Position numbers and translations under genes: made by a program. A stretch of DNA of 38,203 nucleotides from assembly GCA_030830685.1 (NCBI GenBank), contig JAURMM010000089.1:1-38203 (forward strand). Reading direction: 5' to 3'. The DNA is from Gammaproteobacteria bacterium (GTDB lineage Bacteria; Pseudomonadota; Gammaproteobacteria; Ga0077536). Shown here piece by piece: positions 36,126 through 38,203 of this stretch (within the stretch, counting starts at the first letter, position 1; the number at the start of each line of letters is the position of its first letter). The notes beneath the pieces were generated by a model that did not search any database, was not told the origin of the DNA, and worked only from the letters and a program-made list of their open reading frames with translations.

Positions 36126-37196
36126 ATGGATTTCGGCTTTGTTTTCATGGGAGACATTCACATCCACAAGGATGTGAAGTACGCAGAAGATCACGGCTTC
36201 TCGCACGCCTGGTTGTATGACAGCCAGATGCTCGGCAGTGAAGTCTACGCCGCCATGGCCTTGTGCGCTGATCGCACCAGCCGCATCAAGATAGGTCCTG
36301 GCGTCACCAACCCCGCCTCGCGTATCGCGCCCCTTTCCGCGTGCGGCATGGCCACCATCAATGAGATCGCACCGGGTCGCGCGATCATGGGGATCGGGAC
36401 CGGCAACACCACGCGCCGCACACTCGGAATGCCTGCGGCCAAGGTGGCGGACCTCGAAGAACACGTCCGCGTGTGCCGCGATCTGTTCGACGGCAAGATC
36501 ACCGATTACTCGGAAGGCGATCGCCATCGCAAGATCAAGTTCCTCAACCCGAACATGGGTTACATCAACATCACCGACAGAATTCCGATCTATCTGGCTG
36601 CCAGTGGTCCCAAGGTCGCCCAGCTCGCAGGCAAGATTGCAGACGGGGTGATCCTCTTCGGTGCAGTCCATCCGGATCTCGTGAAATGGATGATTGCCAA
36701 TGTTCGCAAGGGCGCAGAGCAGGCCGGTCGGGATCCGGACAAGATCTACATCCTCTCGATGACCGCGTTTTATCTCACCGATTCGGAGGAAGAGATCGAG
36801 ACGCGCGCCGTGCGCGAGGCAGTGGGCCCGATGGTTGCCTCGTCCAGCAACATCTTCGCGCTGTCCTGCATCAAGGATCCCTCTGCCATCCCGGGCTCCT
36901 TGCGCGACGATCTGATGGGTTTCACGGATGTATACCGTGAGCCGGATGCACCCATCGAAACCCGTCACCTCAAGCTCTATGAGGGCTATCTGCAGCGCCT
37001 GCGTGACGAGCACGAAGCACTCATGTCCAAGAAGATCATCCAGGCTACCACCCTCACGGGTACCCGCAAGGAGGTGCTGGGCATGATCGAGGGCATGCGG
37101 GATGCCGGGGTGCATCAGGTGGCAGTCCAGCCGATTCGTCCGACCCGCGAAGTGGTGGATCAATTCGCGAAGGAAATCATGCCTCACTTTGCGTGA
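36126..37196 (+). CDS. Luciferase-like (LLM) oxidoreductase, Mer-like
   Basis: AWLYDSQ, IKIGPGVTNP, GRAIMGIGTG, IPIYLAASGPK...AGKIADG. Start at ATG 36126 after GGGGGAGG. Confidence 0.88.
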   Translation: MDFGFVFMGDIHIHKDVKYAEDHGFSHAWLYDSQMLGSEVYAAMALCADRTSRIKIGPGVTNPASRIAPLSACGMATINEIAPGRAIMGIGTGNTTRRTLGMPAAKVADLEEHVRVCRDLFDGKITDYSEGDRHRKIKFLNPNMGYINITDRIPIYLAASGPKVAQLAGKIADGVILFGAVHPDLVKWMIANVRKGAEQAGRDPDKIYILSMTAFYLTDSEEEIETRAVREAVGPMVASSSNIFALSCIKDPSAIPGSLRDDLMGFTDVYREPDAPIETRHLKLYEGYLQRLRDEHEALMSKKIIQATTLTGTRKEVLGMIEGMRDAGVHQVAVQPIRPTREVVDQFAKEIMPHFA

Positions 37197-37222
37197 GGCA
37201 CACACAACCTGCGGGAGGTTTG

Positions 37223-37597
37223 ATGAACGCACTTGAAACTGCACAGGCTTTCATGGCGAGCTGGGCCATTCCCGGCAACTTTGAAAACTCGTTCAGGCAG
37301 TACATGACCGCGGACTGCGCCTACGAAAACGTGGGCCTTTCCAGCACGAAGGGACCGGACGAGGCACTCGCATTCTTTGCCGGTTTCTCCCAGCAGGTAC
37401 CGTTCGTCGCCATCACGATGGATCTCTTGTCCATCGCGGTGGCGGGGGACGCCGTGCTGACGGAACGGATTGATTACCTGAAGGATGCAGAAGGCAAGAT
37501 CCTGCTTACCATCCCGCTGATGGGCATCATGAAGATCCGTGACGGCAAAATCTGTGAATGGCGGGATTACTTCGACACTGCTCCCTTCGCCCGATGA
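37223..37597 (+). CDS. Limonene-1,2-epoxide hydrolase family (NTF2/SnoaL fold)
   Basis: YENVG (Tyr/Asn), VLTERID (Arg/Asp), WRDYFD (Asp); GGGAGG SD. Confidence 0.85.
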   Translation: MNALETAQAFMASWAIPGNFENSFRQYMTADCAYENVGLSSTKGPDEALAFFAGFSQQVPFVAITMDLLSIAVAGDAVLTERIDYLKDAEGKILLTIPLMGIMKIRDGKICEWRDYFDTAPFAR

Positions 37598-37604
37598 CTT
37601 GAAC

Positions 37605-37638
37605 GGATACCCCGAGGGTTATACTCTCGGGGGTATCC
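37605..37638. repeat. Long imperfect inverted repeat (15-bp stem) centred on TTATACT
   Basis: GGATACCCCGAGGGT-tat-ACTCTCGGGGGTATCC, with one G bulge and one G-T pair. Confidence 0.8.
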
Positions 37639-37690
37639 ACACAAATATCCGCACGGACACGACGTTCGTGCGCGACAGAGGACCCCCGGA

Positions 37691-38203
37691 ATGAAGAAAT
37701 CCCTGCAAAACCTGGGCGCGGGGCTGGCCGTATTGCTTGCTACCGCAAGTGCCAACCTGATCGCCGCTGAAAAAAGCGAGCACACGGCTGTCCACAAGCA
37801 TTACGAGGATGCACCAGAGGCGCAACAGCCGGGCCCCAAGGGTGAACTCGCGCCCCGTTTGCAGAACCTCGGCAAGCACGTCTTTCCCGTCACGACCGGA
37901 AATGCAGAAGCCCAGAAATTCGTCAATCAAGGACTCAACCTGGCCTATGCCTTCAATCACGGGGAGGCGAGGCGCGCCTTCCGCGAGGCCGCGCGCCTCG
38001 ACCCGGATCTCGCCATGGCCTACTGGGGCCAAGCGCTGGTGCTCGGGCCCAACATCAACGCGATGATGGCGCCCAATGAAGAGCCCCATGCGCTGGAAAT
38101 GGTCAGCAAGGCCCAGGCACGGGCCAGCAAGACCAGCCCGCGTGAGCAGGCACTGATTGCTGCGCTGGCAGTCCGTTATTCTGGCAATGCAGAGGCGCGC
38201 AAG
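37691..38203 (+). CDS. Exported TPR-repeat protein, partial: runs off the window end
   Basis: Not in the ORF track because there is no stop. MKKSLQNLGAGLAVLLATASANLIAA signal peptide, then AQKFVNQGLNLAYAFNHGEARRAFREAARLDPDLAMAYWGQALVLGPNIN; AGAGGA SD. Confidence 0.85.
   Translation, partial: MKKSLQNLGAGLAVLLATASANLIAAEKSEHTAVHKHYEDAPEAQQPGPKGELAPRLQNLGKHVFPVTTGNAEAQKFVNQGLNLAYAFNHGEARRAFREAARLDPDLAMAYWGQALVLGPNINAMMAPNEEPHALEMVSKAQARASKTSPREQALIAALAVRYSGNAEARK

Noticed and set aside
35854-38203. Possible genomic island integrated at tRNA-Arg
   Set aside because: No integrase and no duplicated tRNA 3' end (att) in the window, and no obvious compositional shift. Cannot be excluded beyond the window edge.
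1-38203. CRISPR arrays, IS elements, prophage, toxin-antitoxin or defence systems
   Set aside because: No regularly spaced repeats, transposase, integrase, phage or nuclease motifs were recognised; almost all sequence is accounted for by metabolic genes.

Overview
GC-rich bacterial chromosomal window, most consistent with a gammaproteobacterium (inference from protein families). No mobile elements, prophage, CRISPR or rRNA were seen. The left part (1-15.7 kb) is a carbon-flux and storage block: partial rppH, mdh, gltA, sucA-sucB-lpdA, the PHA regulator phaR, GTP-dependent PEP carboxykinase, a phasin, and an acs-phaE-phaC (class III PHA synthase) operon. The middle and right parts are accessory metabolism: a HAL2-type PAP phosphatase, an orphan NarL/GacA-type regulator, a tightly coupled five-gene operon (CarB-like crotonase, YkvI-type transporter, YkgJ-type Cys-cluster protein, RidA, small membrane protein), an OFA-MFS transporter plus an AbfD-like flavoprotein with rearranged cysteines, an EamA transporter, three luciferase-like oxidoreductases, a short MetE-like Zn enzyme heading two tandem DUF485/ActP modules, YbhB, pntAB, a tRNA-Arg, a limonene-epoxide-hydrolase-like gene and a partial TPR protein. 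The best leads are (1) the CarB-like/RidA operon, (2) the AbfD-like protein lacking canonical Fe-S and catalytic residues but carrying a C-terminal CCxxxC, (3) tRNA-Arg with a UCG anticodon on an ACG-type body, (4) TGC-N3-GCA (PhaR-type) boxes in front of gltA/sucA, phaR, phaP, acs, pntAB and an LLM gene, and (5) the MetE-like plus duplicated, diverged ActP operon. All family calls come from motif recognition by eye; no database searches were run.
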